From the NCBI GenBank assembly GCA_904063045.1, contig CAJFCJ010000003.1, positions 3,024,504-3,088,503 on the forward strand: a DNA stretch of 64,000 nt, in the 5' to 3' direction. Under the pieces are notes generated by a model, which saw only the letters and a list, made by a program, of their open reading frames with translations, was not told where the DNA came from and did no database searches. The stretch is from Dimorphilus gyrociliatus. Lineage: Eukaryota; Animalia; Annelida. Made by a program: the position numbers and the translations under genes. Shown one piece after another: positions 1-13,225 of the stretch. Each line of letters begins with the position of its first letter. The first letter of the stretch is position 1.

Positions 1-2783
1 ACCGAAAGTAATTGATTTTCGAACGAAAAACAAAAATTAAAATAAATTTACTTTAATTATACTATATTGAAAAGAGGGAGAGAGAGAGATAGCGAGAGAG
101 AGAAGAGCAAAAATATCATCATTTTAATACTACTATAAAAAAAAGTAGTTCATATAAAAGACAAGCTCAACACCAGTAAAAGACGCAAGTTAAATAAATT
201 AATTTGATTAAGAACGAATTGGAATAGTACATGATTATCTCCTTGTACCAAATTAAGCTGTCACCTAGACAAGGACTAAAAAGGAAACCGTTTTTTAACA
301 TTTCCAATCTATAAATAGATGTTGTATTTATCTTAACTTTTAGCATAATTTTATTACTATAATTTAGAATATTTTTTATTTCCTATGTTTCAATTCGTTC
401 ATTCATACGCTGAATATTTTACTTATAATCTAAATATAATACTAAATCAATTATAAGATATACAATATACTTTGTATATCTATAATGTTTATAAATTTTT
501 GTCAATTTTATAATCTTTTCTAACTCGATTTTGTTTCTCATCTCTTTTTCTCCGGTTCGGTCTGCCTTTATTCCTAAACCTTGTAAAAAACGTCTTGATT
601 TTGTTACAATGTTGCCTAGATAGTTAATACGCCACCTATAGGATTCAAGAAATTTATTGTGGCTGAAGAAAAAACTGCACATATAGGATACTCTGGATGT
701 ATTTGCTTATGCATTTAATACATGTATTGTTTAAGGAACTTGTATATATTTTATATACATATATACATATATATATGTAAACATTTATACATATACATAT
801 ACTCTGTATAAGCTGTATATTCTGTATAATATAAAGTTTATTTTTTGTTCTTTGACTGTTAAGTATGGTCGTATAAGTTTTTTTATGGGGAAAATTTAGA
901 ACTCTATATACTTTTATAAGGTAAATGAACTCGGTATTGTTTTTATGGCCTTTTACAGTTCTTGATTTGTCTCTAATACGTGTAACAAACAGTATCAAAT
1001 GACGGCTTACATAATCATATAATTTCTAAAAGTATCATAAATCAATATGAATGCATTAATACTAAAATTTTGGTATTTATTAATAACTGATATTTTTTAT
1101 TTTTGCCTCAATTTAACGTTTGATTAAGTATTTAAATCGCACTATTCTGTCCTAAATATCACCTTAGTAGAAGACCATATTTTTTATCTCAGTATCCTAA
1201 TTTATAACCCTAGTCAAGATGATATAATAATAGACCTTTAAGTTGATTTATGATTGATCAAGAAACAATTGTACTCAATTTCGTTATTATTTTTTCTCGA
1301 AAGTAATCTTTTTAGAACACAGAGTTAACTCCACGGAATAATTAAAATCTATTATCAGTTCTATTTTATACGCCAAAATTTACTCTACTTTTGAATTATT
1401 CACTAAAAATTATATCACGTGATCTTTTTCAAGAGATTTTTTTTTATCTTTGTACGCAACGTTTTTATCCTACATAATTATATGATTATGTTTAATAATA
1501 GCCGCAAAAGAGATCAGTGAAGGAACCAAACCGTATAATTTTTTCATCAGTTTCAGAGTAAATTTTCCAATGTTAGTGTCTATTTTTAATAAACTGGACG
1601 ATAAAAATTTAGTCTGAAACTTTCCAACTGTTCTTCTAAACTTTTAAACATTTTCGTCTTTTCTTGTAGGTCTATATAATAAACCAACTTATATCATCAG
1701 ATATCTCATTAACAGTAGAATTAACTTAATTTATTAAAATATAAAATTAAATTATTCTCTTAGAAATGAATAAGCTAAATATCGAATGGAAGGGACAAGG
1801 TCTTGGCTTTTTAGCACTAGGAAACGTAAAATCTTTGTGAATGACAATAATTCACCTTTATTGAATAATATTAGAAATTGCATAACCAAATAGTTTGAAG
1901 TAGAAATAGTACCAAAAATATATTGTATATAATCTATGTTATATAATAGACAGGGATTTTCCTTAAACCTCTCCTATCCTTCTCTTGATTGCATAATATT
2001 AATTTTTATGTGTATACATACTTCGGCTGATACAATAAACATATGCTAAAGTGATAAGCGCTAAAAAGACTGTTAACGTAAACACAACTCTTCTGCAAAC
2101 GATCAGAGAATGAAATCGTCTGCAGATCAATGAAGATGGGGAAAGAGTACTAGTAGCGCCATCATTTTACCGACACTTTAACGCATCTTAAGTTACTATT
2201 TAATAGAGCAAATAACCACCTATATATAACAATAATTTTTACATATCTATACAGTATATATATTAATAATATATTCTATTAACAAATAGCTACAACTATA
2301 TAAACAAACAAATTAAATATGAAATTCCTTTTTTTCTTTAAAAAACAAAAAATAATTTATTTCTCTTTTAAATGTAAAACAGATTAGCATGTATATAGTT
2401 CATATTATATTTCTTGTTGTTGAATGATACTGTATAAACATTACTTTATGACAATTGACACGATATTCTTAAGGCGTAAAGATGACACGGTAAAAGGATA
2501 CGAGTGAACGTTTAACACGATAACAATTTTCTCTTATTTTTTAGCTTATTGAAATAATTTTATTTTAAGTAACAAAATAAATAAAAACAAGAAAGTATTA
2601 AAGTGCTAAATGATCAATAAATTAACAAATTAATGGATAACCTTTTCTAATTATAATGGATATTTTTTTCTCTATATTTTTATTTTTTAATTAATTATAC
2701 AACAAAATAAAGAGTATTAGGAAAAAGGATAGGTAGATAGAGAGAGATGGATTGAGATAGATGGATAGATAGAGCGAGAGAGT

Positions 2784-2784
<1 letters not shown>

Positions 2785-2812
<28 letters not shown>
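2785..2812. repeat. (AG)n microsatellite
   Basis: Read directly from the sequence. Confidence 0.95.
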
Positions 2813-2816
<4 letters not shown>

Positions 2817-3103
2817 GGCGAAATACAGATGAGAGACAGAGACGACGTTTAAACATTCATGTAGCTATGAAAATATACAATATATAAATATAAATATAAT
2901 ATTTTATCCAATTATAAAGCTCTGTACACACCTACACCATCTTTTAAAGTACATAAAAGGCATAGACGTTTTTAAGTAATATTCGTTATCTTTTATACTC
3001 TGCAGTTTTTTTCCTCTTGAAAGTTTAAAAATACGTTTTTTTTTAATTCTTTAACTAAATATTTGCTATTTTTATGTAACTTTCCCGCCAAAAAAATAAC
3101 CAA

Positions 3104-4662
3104 TTACCAAGCTCTTATGCCGTTAGGATGAATACTTGACATATAAAGTTCCGACGATGTTGGTGGAGCATGTGGAGATGGGTGTATAGGTGGAGGCGGG
3201 GGCGGATATCCAGAGAAGAAGGATGTTTGATACGTTGGTGCTCCGACACAATTTTTTCCGTCTCTTACAATTACGGGAACGGCTACTCTTCTTGGAGATT
3301 GCATTGCTGTTAACTCTAAAGTTCTGTCTTGCTTCTGTCTTTTCATTTTGTAACGACTGCAAATAATAATGACAGTTTATTTTCTTTACTTTAACGTAAG
3401 TGCTTAGATAAGATTAAATTATAAAAAATTTCTCTCATTAGATGGCGCCTTTGCATTTTGCTTAGCTTAATTTATAAAAAATAAAATTAACGATTCTTAC
3501 CGATTTTGAAACCAGATTTTAACCTGAGTAGACGTTAATTTAAGAGCCCTTGCTAATTGATCTCTTTCCGGTGCACTTAAATACTTTTGCTGTTTAAATC
3601 TCCTTTCTAATTCAAAAACTTGAGTTTGTGAAAATAAAACTCGAGGTTTACGTTTTGATCTTTGCCTCAGCAGATGACATTCTTCTGGATCAATTTTTGA
3701 CATTGGATTATCGGCATCAGATTTTTTCTTTGGCGTCTGATTAGCCGTTGAAATCGATGGTGGGGGAGTAGGAAGAAAGCTTGAATCTGAAAAAGATAAA
3801 TGAGTAATACAATTATTAACTTGAAAAGTGAATATATATCCATTATCATTTCCATCTTTTTCATTTATATTTAAATTATTATAACTCTAAACAGGCTTTC
3901 TTTAGGTTCTTTGTTCTATATCGTATACAAACAACAAATTTTATTTATATTATAGCGTCTTAGAGATAAAAATAAAAAAAAAAACTGGTAAAAGAGGCAT
4001 CTTTGTCTTAAAAGAAAAAAAAATTCAGTAAACTGGAAAACGTATGGAGAATAGTAGAGATCTTGTAAAGGTAATTTAAAGAGTACTGGGGCTAATTAAT
4101 CATCGGATTAGAGATTGTGCCGATAATAAAAATGAAGCATACGTGTATTTTATACAAAATCTCACTTTACGAAAACAAATTAACTTTTGTTGACAAAGAC
4201 GAACATCCTAGGAATATTAAGTGGAACTTAATATTATCGTAAAATTAGCTGTGAACATTATTGGTAAAATACGAAGCGTTTACTGAATATTGTCGAATAA
4301 AAGTAGACTTTTTGGTAAAAGCAAGTTAAAGTATTGAAATTTCCTTTTTGGATAACTTTTGAAAGTCTTATTTATCATTTTATTACTAAGTAACCGTTAT
4401 AAAAATTGACTTATTTTTGTTTCTAGTAATGAATACCTCTATTGCCATAATACTGAGATTCGTTATTAAAATAAGAAGCGGTTATTCTTGGATAGACATC
4501 TCCGTTTTGATATTCGGAATAGTTATCCGTAAAATGATACGGATAAGATATATCATAGGTTGAAGGTGGTGTAGAATACTGGACAACATCCGATGTTCCA
4601 TTATTTAATATATTTCTCATAGAGAACGGTTCCTCCTGAATACAAATCGGTAGGTCGTTCAT
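3104..4662 (-). CDS. NK4: NK4 (tinman/Nkx2-5-type) homeodomain transcription factor; 3 exons (4662-4437, 3786-3501, 3356-3104), 254 aa
   Basis: Exon 1 has a TN/eh1-like motif ([10 protein letters not shown]). The homeodomain reads [52 protein letters not shown]|[15 protein letters not shown] and is followed by the NK2-specific domain [23 protein letters not shown] (not WFQNHRYK) argues against NK2.1/2.2, and KRKPRVLF argues against NK3. GT-AG junctions (phases 1 and 2) join in frame. Confidence 0.9.
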
Positions 4663-4717
4663 CGCGAAATGAAGAAAGGCGTACCAAAGAATAACCAATA
4701 AGCGACCGAAAGTTTAC

Positions 4718-4730
4718 TGCGCATGCGTGA
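4718..4730. promoter_or_regulatory. NRF1-like palindromic element TGCGCATGCGTGA, 56 nt upstream of the NK4 ATG
   Basis: Matches the NRF1-type core GCGCATGCG and lies in a CpG-rich island next to a CCAAT (4695-4699). The identical 13-mer occurs upstream of POU4a. Confidence 0.45.
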
Positions 4731-5816
4731 CAATTGGCAAATGGCTGCCACGTGCGGCTGTTTATCACTTGCCGGCGGCCAGGTAGCGTTTATTCGATTC
4801 GGACATGGTTTACAAACGGTCGATCAACGCCATCCTTTATGCGTAGCGCGATTTTTGACTTGTTTACGCCGCCGGCTAACGTTTACGTAGGGGCGAGAAC
4901 ATACCAGGAAATGGTTAGGGATTTCTAATAAAAGAAAGAAAGGAAGATAGAGTGATAGGGAACGAGTAAAAGAATAAAAGCTTTCACTCCTGTAACATTT
5001 CACAGTAGTTCCATAGACTTTAACAGCCGAACTCTTTTATATTTTCTTTATATTTCGGAAAAAAAGGAAAAAAAATTATTTACTGATAGCATTTCATTCC
5101 TTTTGATAAAAGACATTTCGGTCTATTTCGAGTATGTAATTCAAGTATAGAATAGAGATAAGAAATCTGAGTATTATTATACTCGTTTTGTGTATTGTTA
5201 ATTCTTTTTATCATGAAGAAAAATGTATACATTGTATAATTGATAAATAAAAATATAATAAATAATTGTTAATTAAAGGAAACGTCTATTAAGAGAGAAA
5301 AGCTCAGCTAGACGTTGTGCGTAATCTTTTCTTTTAGTATTTTCATTTCTTGTAAGTTTTTCTTTTGAAGATTAAGAATGTAAAAAAAATTAAAAGAAAA
5401 TAGGGTAACTCTGACAATGTATTGACAGGGCAAAGACTTAGAAATTTCGGCGCCGTCCAGGTAAATATAAATTTAGGCGCCTAAATTTTAAGCAGGTAAA
5501 CAGAGTTAGAAGTCATTTTCAAACGCAACCGCCGCATCTCCAATCTGTTTGTTTAACGAATATATTTATAGGTCAAACAGTTAAAAATTGATCGAGAATT
5601 ACGCATATTTACATACTTTGAAGTTTTTTAAACTGATTTATTATGTATATATTGTTAATATGCACTGAAAAGAAAGCGAAAGAACTCTGTTGCTTTTATC
5701 TAGTACCTTTAATTCGCCTTTGACGCCCATCCTAAAGATGAATAGAAACGTGGTTTTATTGTAACAGTATCTTTTCTCGGAATAGTATGCCAATTTACTG
5801 CTTAATGAAGTCGTAC

Positions 5817-6066
5817 CTTATCTTTCTAAACGTTTCTAAATAACTCGCCTTATCTCAATCAATGCATCTAATTCATATATTCATATGTAAAACAAAATAT
5901 TGAAGAGAAAGCATAATCATCTTATTTTTAAATTTGAAAACTAAAAACAAAGGTAGAAAATACAAATGAAATCTAGAACTCCTTACATTTAAGACTTCTC
6001 CGTTGGCAAAGCTTATCGGATCAATATAGCGAGCCATTAGAAGAGATGCGCTTATCTCTGCTTATC
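5817..6066. promoter_or_regulatory. Cluster of five same-orientation GATA motifs (CTTATC) upstream of NK4
   Basis: CTTATC at 5817, 5849, 6012, 6051 and 6061. Function is inferred only. Confidence 0.4.
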
Positions 6067-9000
6067 GCGGCTTTTAAGCGCAGTTTGCCTTGAGAAGATT
6101 GGAATGTTGGTAGAAATTAACGGAATTTATAAATGTAAAGGTTTCTTTACTTTCCTTTTTTTAACTTAAAGAAAATCTTGTTTTAAATTAAAGAGAAATT
6201 AATATCCTAATGTTAATTATTTGTGATATTCATATAAACTTAATGGACTATTAGGCATTTAATGTAAAGTGACTGTTTTGCGACCAATTAACACGTCGTT
6301 AATAAACGAGATAATAATATAAACATAATGGGTAAAAGGGTAGTAGAGTACTTAATAAATTGCTCACAATTTGCCCGTTAAATTATCATAAAACTAAATG
6401 TAGGCTTAACTAGAGTTAGATAGCAGCCGTACCATTTTTTTTATTTTATTTTTATTCCAACTACTTACTCTTTTTAAGAGAAGGAAGGAAGAAAGAAAGA
6501 AATGAATAAAATCTAATAAAATCGAGAATTTCCGTCATTAAATAGTGCAAAAATGTTGTTTATAGTAGAGAGACGACAGTTGAGATAACATCTAATAGAG
6601 TTAAGCCGGTGGTCCCTTTTTGATATTACTATTTGAAAAATCAACCCAGAGAGGAGAGTTTGTCAGTCTCAGACTCTGCTTATTTTCAATACACGCCTCA
6701 TCAGATGAACGACCCAGAACAACTGTATTTCGTTTAATCAGTAATACTAGCGAAATAGAAGACAGTAGCCTATGTTTAGAGACTCTTTAAACGAGTAGCG
6801 CTAGGGAAGAAGACAGGGAGAGACTATTGTTCGGTTGGAGGATAAAAGTAAAAACAACGGTATTAAAGTAAAGCAAGTAGGAAGGTAGTGGAGTTAACTA
6901 GAGAAAATATACATATATAAAAGATAAGAAGTATCCGAATGAAGGCTATTAATAAACTAAATGAACTTTTATAAAGTTTTGAGTGGATAAGTGATTGTCG
7001 TGAAGTAAAGTAAATTATATTTTTTCAGTTAGCAATAATTTTTCAAGTGCCAACTCTTTGTCGATGCTATACTGCTCTTTAGAGCTTTAAGAGATGGCCA
7101 CTTGGCGTCAAGTACTTTTTAGAACGTTTAAGATCTAGAAGAGAGTTACTTTCATCGGTGAAAAATCAGTTTTTTGATAAGAATATAGATAAATAATCAT
7201 ATACTTAAAAACCTAACTGCCCTCTAACGGCTTTTTTGTTTAGATAAGTGATGATCTGCTCAGCAAATTGTTTTCAAGAATCAAGATGATGGGATTTTTT
7301 TTTCACCAAGAATTTCAAACTATGTTAACATAAACTGTAAAAGATTCTTATCAAGATGAATAAGTTATATTCTTACTGCATTCAGCGGAAGAAAAGGTAA
7401 AAACAAAAAAAACCGGAGGAAAGAGAATTTTATGATATTGATCGCTAACAAAAAAATAAGCGGCTATAAAAGGGCCAACTTTGAAGAAGCTTCTAAATGA
7501 TTGATTTTGCTTGAGCAGCCTACTTTATCAAATTTGTTTACTTCGGCGACTGTTACAAGAGTGAAGCGCATTTTGGACGCGTCAAATTTCGTTTGTTTTG
7601 TATAGAAAGTATAACAAGACTATATCAAAAGTGCATTAAGCTTCTAATCTCTAAAACTTATTTTCTTTTTTTAAAAAATCTTCTTCAAAATAAATAAACA
7701 TCTAAATATTACAATATATCTTTTATTTACTTAATTAATATTTTATTGCGTCATAAAGTAATTGTTTAATAAATATTCATAAATATTTAAATAGTATTGG
7801 AAAAACTCTATTAAATTTAAAAGAAATTTGCTAAAGAAGACAAAAAAAACACATATAGCTATATGCTTTTAATAGTTCCTTTAATGTGTAGTATGATATA
7901 CATACAAAGAAAAAAAAACAAGCTGAGTGTTGAAGAGGATAAAATGATGTTTATCTTAAATATGACTTTAGAGAGTATTGACGACTTGATGGAAAGAGGG
8001 GAAGACACTTGTTTAACATCGGAAGGAGTATGACTTGAGTACTCTAGTGTCACTTTGAACTATTTGTATTTTATAGTGATTATAAACCGCTAATTAACTG
8101 CTCTCCTACTTTCTGAAAATTTCTAATATTTTACACCATTGACCCGTTTTATAGAAATCGATCAAAGCAAATAGCAAGTTAATTAGTACCTGGATTAGTA
8201 AACACATGTCTAGTCATTCGATTCAATTAGGCAGTTCTTTTCTAGACATTCTCCATTACATTTGTATACTCAATTGTATAAGTATTATAACATAAAAAAA
8301 CAAACAGTAAAATTTAAGCCTACGGGCTTTTCTGGAACATAGAATTATATATAGGAGTAATTCTCTTCTTTCTTTTTTTAGCTTGGTTTTTTTTATGAAT
8401 ATATCTAGGTAAATGATATCTGATCTTATAGCCGGAACACACAAGCTTTTTTTCTTAGCTTAATGAAACAATAATCTTTAAAGTAATAAAATAGAAAGAA
8501 AAAGAGTAGCCGTTTTTATAAAGAGAAAGTGAATGTATTGTACGGCTAATTAACCGTCAATGATTCTTTCTTCTAAAGTATAATCAATCTTCAACCTGCC
8601 ATAATTATAGTTATTTATAATTTGTATTAATGCTAGCTATATAACGTAGGTGGAGCTAGTATTGTAAGAAATGCTTATACTGCCATCTACCATGTATTCA
8701 AGCGATCATCACTACTTCAATTCGACTAATGCTCTTATTGCAAAAAGAGCAAATTAAGTAAGCAATTACAAGACGTAAAAGTCGCTAAGCGTCTTACAAG
8801 AGAAAGTTATTGCTGAAAGATTATCTTAATAACATAGAATTCTCACCAGATTCCTACTTCGACTCGATTTTTGAGTTAACGATGCTAATGAACTAAATGT
8901 GATAGACTATACATGAATATAAGAGAAAGGAAAACACTTTTACAAATAAATGTATTGAAATATTCTATAATTAGAATTTGTTGAATTAGCAATTTACAGT

Positions 9001-11567
9001 AAATGGAGAAATGTAGAAAGACCTGTTAATTATACAGATGGCGGCCTAATAATCTTTGAAGATTGTTTTTGTGTATTATTGTTTTGATCGGTAGATGGCT
9101 CTGTTGATCGGTAATTCGTGATAAGTATAGTCTTCTCTTATTTCAACTTATTTAAAAATGATGATTGATTAAGTTCACTTTTAAGAGCATTACTGCTTAG
9201 GGTAACATGATGTTCAACAGAAGTATTCTTGCAGATAAGACTGTATTACATATTGCAATAATAAAACTTGTAAAACAAAGAAAACGTAGGGTGGAATATC
9301 ATGCAATTTATCGTTACAGCGTCTGTCTTTTGACAGGGAAATAAACAGGAAAGTTTGAGGAAAATCTTTGATATTTGTACCACCTGCTGAAGTTGTTGGC
9401 AAACCGAATCCTTCGGTTGAATGCTCACGTTGTATGGGATGGTCACAAAAGACTCCACCTAGTGACATTTATATTTTGACGCGATTTTCGTGAAATTGTC
9501 AGTTCGTCCCCAGGGTGCCGTGACCAACCTGAGATGACACTGTTGATAGTAAAGTGCTAATTTAGTTTGGTTACTAGGCAACAGGAGCCATTTTGACAGA
9601 GAAAGAAGGAAAAAAAGAGAAAAAAAGTTGTAGATGAATGGAAACTGTCCAGTAGCATCCTATTAAGTAGAAAAAAGGGTTTAATGGGGAATTTAGTGAG
9701 AGAGGAGAATTTTATACAAATCTTTTTTTAACATAATTATATATAAGAGACGATAAAATAGTAATTATACGTAATTTATTCGAATAAAAAGATTAATACC
9801 ATACTACACAAGATAGTTTATAGCTATGATGCATCTGTTACAGAGAAGGGTCGCGTAAATCGTAAATTGCGTCGTATCAATCATTTCGTCCGGCGTTAAT
9901 GAAGGCAATGTCGGGTACATTTAATATTATGGAGCTGGAGTTCTGCTATAAAATACGGTCGTATATCTGTACGGGCTTAAGGCAACAAATAAATATATCT
10001 TCTTAAGTTTTAATATCTGATTAACTTTACCTTATTTTTAGAGAAAGTTATTTTTGGTCCGTCATAAAAATTTCATGACTTGAAAAGAAAGAATAAAATA
10101 AAATAGTACAACTTTTATTGAAAAGAAGAGAAAACGGACCGGCATTTTTATTGTCATCTAATTACGCCTGGTGTTTATACTGAAAATACAAGGGCCGCTT
10201 GTCTACAGCACGGAAGCGGTGCGCTGTAGCCGACGATTGATTTCCGTTAACGATCCGCCGTCGTATTGCCGGCGTTTGTATGGAAAAAGTTGTTGCTAAC
10301 GTTATAAAACACGGAAAAACATGACACCGTGCATCCTGAGAAATTCTAGGAGTCAATTCCCTAGCGCCCGACAGCGCTAAAGCGGCTTACAGCATTAAAG
10401 CATCGCTATAACGCGACGTTATAGCAAAAAAGAGGCAGCATGAATAATTGACACATTCGATATCGGCGGCTGCTTCGTGAAAAATTTAGTATCAACATTT
10501 TCATGTCGGGGTCATTTTTAAGTCGGAGAGCGTTCGTAGCACGACAGTTTTCCTTGGATAGCGATTTAAACACAATCGAATTTCATAATTCTTGGATATC
10601 TTTTTGGTATATTATGGCGTATTCCTTTATTGCGTGCTATATGAAAAGTTTACCTAGCTAATAACATCCTATTTGTTCTTATTTCTTCGTTTATCAGTGT
10701 TTCATGTGTTTTTAGTTTGTGTTTGTATTGTTCTACTTCCTAGTACTGACTTTTATCTTTGTATATTTATCAATTATGATGTTTACTTTGCGGGTAGAAC
10801 GCTGTCTTCTTAATTGCATGTAGCCCAACATTTTATTGTTAGGTATGTAAGCTACTTGAAAAAGAACGCACCTACACGCTGGCCACCTGGCTTCCGAAAA
10901 GCAATTGTCACGCAGAAATTCATTTCAAAAACTATTAAGTATATATTTGAACATGTAAAGAAATTGTACTCATATTTATCTATATATATTAGTATATGTA
11001 TATTTATATCTATAGACGTTTGCTCATAGCACATGTTCAAATTTCAATATATTCATGTGTTAAGACTTTGGTAGTAAAAATTTGTATATTATATTATTAG
11101 TTGTAACAAATATATATATATATATATATCCTTGTCCCCATGCCAACAAACAAAACTGCAACACCTGAATGACAGCTCATTCTTCAAAGTTCTCAATTAG
11201 CAAAGCAGCAACAACGCGTCTTCCTCTATTACAATTTTTCTCCAAGTCTTCTATAATATTGTACACATTTCTATTATTCATATTTTCATTATAAATTAAT
11301 TAATAAAAATATTTCTGTGTCCCATAAGCAGTTAACCTTTAAAGATGGATGTCAAAAGATGGAGAATTGAAATGGATCTTTTGCTTCTTAGCTGTGGTGC
11401 TATCATCAATTTTCACCGTATTCGGAAACTCATAGCAATTCCCTAAATGGTTTATCAATGGAATAGCTTCAAAGTCTTTCCAACTGTTCGTCTGTAAACC
11501 ATTTATAAACGTTTTTTCTATAAATACGAATATACATATATTTATTATTATAGTTATATATATTTAT

Positions 11568-11580
<13 letters not shown>

Positions 11581-11622
<42 letters not shown>
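11581..11622. repeat. (TA)n microsatellite, with a second tract at ~11655-11682
   Basis: Read directly from the sequence. Confidence 0.95.
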
Positions 11623-11626
<4 letters not shown>

Positions 11627-11650
11627 ATAGACTAACGAGCTAGTTAGCTT

Positions 11651-11686
<36 letters not shown>

Positions 11687-13177
11687 ATTACTAACGGGGT
11701 TTTAAAAACCGATAGATATATCCTTTCAGTTCCCTCTTGCCGAAAAGCACTCAGCACTTCGGGCGGTTTATTGCGTGTTCAGTAGATCGAGACAGAAAAA
11801 CGGTCGTAGTTTAGCGGCCCATAACGGAAGTCTACAAGTCTTTCCAAAATGAATTATCGGTCAAAAAGTCAAATTCATTCTATTCATATTCCATTGATCA
11901 ATTGACATGTCATCATATTTACTCGATAGCTAATGTTACACCCTATTTGTTCGCGTTGCTCCAAAGTGGTATTTTGTCATTCAGCGATATGTTCTTATTA
12001 AACATAATTGAAAGACCTATGATCTCTTGTCAAAATAGTATTTTTCCCCTATTAAATAAATGCTCATTTAATTCTTTTGTAATTTATTTACAAATAAATT
12101 TATAGTTAATAGTTTTCTCTTATAAATCTTTGATGGGGAATATACAATTTTTTCTGTCTATCCATATATGGATATATAGAGTAAGGCGACAGATAAATAC
12201 AGTTGCAGCGACGGTGTAAAAAAACAAGTAACCATCTATTAAAGCAATTAATATAAAAACGCCTCGCAGTAATTCAACCGTTATTATAAAAGGGGTACTT
12301 TTGTTTTTTTTATCTAGCATTTATATACATACATCACACGAAAGGCACATTTTAAAAAGCCATTATTTTATTAAGTATGGCGCCGCTTAACTAATTTCCC
12401 ATCGCGTGACGGCAACCAATATAAAAGTTGTTTATATTTTTTTTCCCAATACTAACTAGCCGGATTGGGCGGACAGGCTTATTTCGTAATTGTCATGTTT
12501 TTGTTTAGCTTATGTATTATTGATGTCCGTTTAGTTGCTGATCTCCAACGTGTATAGTTTTTACACACATAAGCGGAAAAAGATGGCGATTCGTCTAAAT
12601 TAGATTAAGGATTAGATCGATCCAACGTCTTTTCGCTGCATGTACAAAAAAAACGGACAAGTTCGATAAAGACTATCGATATAGCGAATTTTCCTATATC
12701 GGTTTATTGAATGCGTCTTTTTCACAGCAATGTAAGTTTTTGCTAAACGATGATAAAGAAATATTTAGCAATAATTCTTTAACTCGTTCAATTTTAACAT
12801 TTCTCTTATATTGCAATTTTTTCAATTATTCTATTCACTCTATCACCTACATTTTCTCGTTCTCTTCTTTATTTTATTCCTTCATTCTCTCTCTCTCTCA
12901 TTCGTTCTTGCTTTGTACTCTTCTCTATCGTCTGAATTAAATTTTTTTGCATTTTAAGGGATAATAAAATTTTTCAAAATAACCATATTCGGCGTCTAAT
13001 CACTTATTATTTTTAACTTGGTTGTAATCTTTTATAAATTCAATTACTATCATTATTTTTAGATACAATTAGCACATGATTAAAGAGAATAATTTCTAAT
13101 GTATTATTAACTTATGAATATATTTAAATAATATATATATTTATACATCTGTATATAAAGACCATGTAAACCTATAC

Positions 13178-13225
<48 letters not shown>

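Noticed and set aside
640-2200. Short + strand segments with AG/GT ends (e.g. 643-697, 1670-1714, 1766-1800, 2125-2190) that can be chained
   Set aside because: No recognisable domain. Such chains arise easily in AT-rich DNA, so this needs RNA-seq.
6540-9500. Decayed transposon or pseudogene fragments (short broken frames at ~6.6, 8.7 and 9.3 kb)
   Set aside because: No transposase, RT or integrase motifs, TIRs or LTRs recognised.
10406-10426. Hairpin GCTATAACG-CGA-CGTTATAGC next to an A-run, resembling an intrinsic terminator
   Set aside because: Eukaryotic context, and the T-run precedes the stem on the minus strand. An isolated 9-bp stem is not informative.
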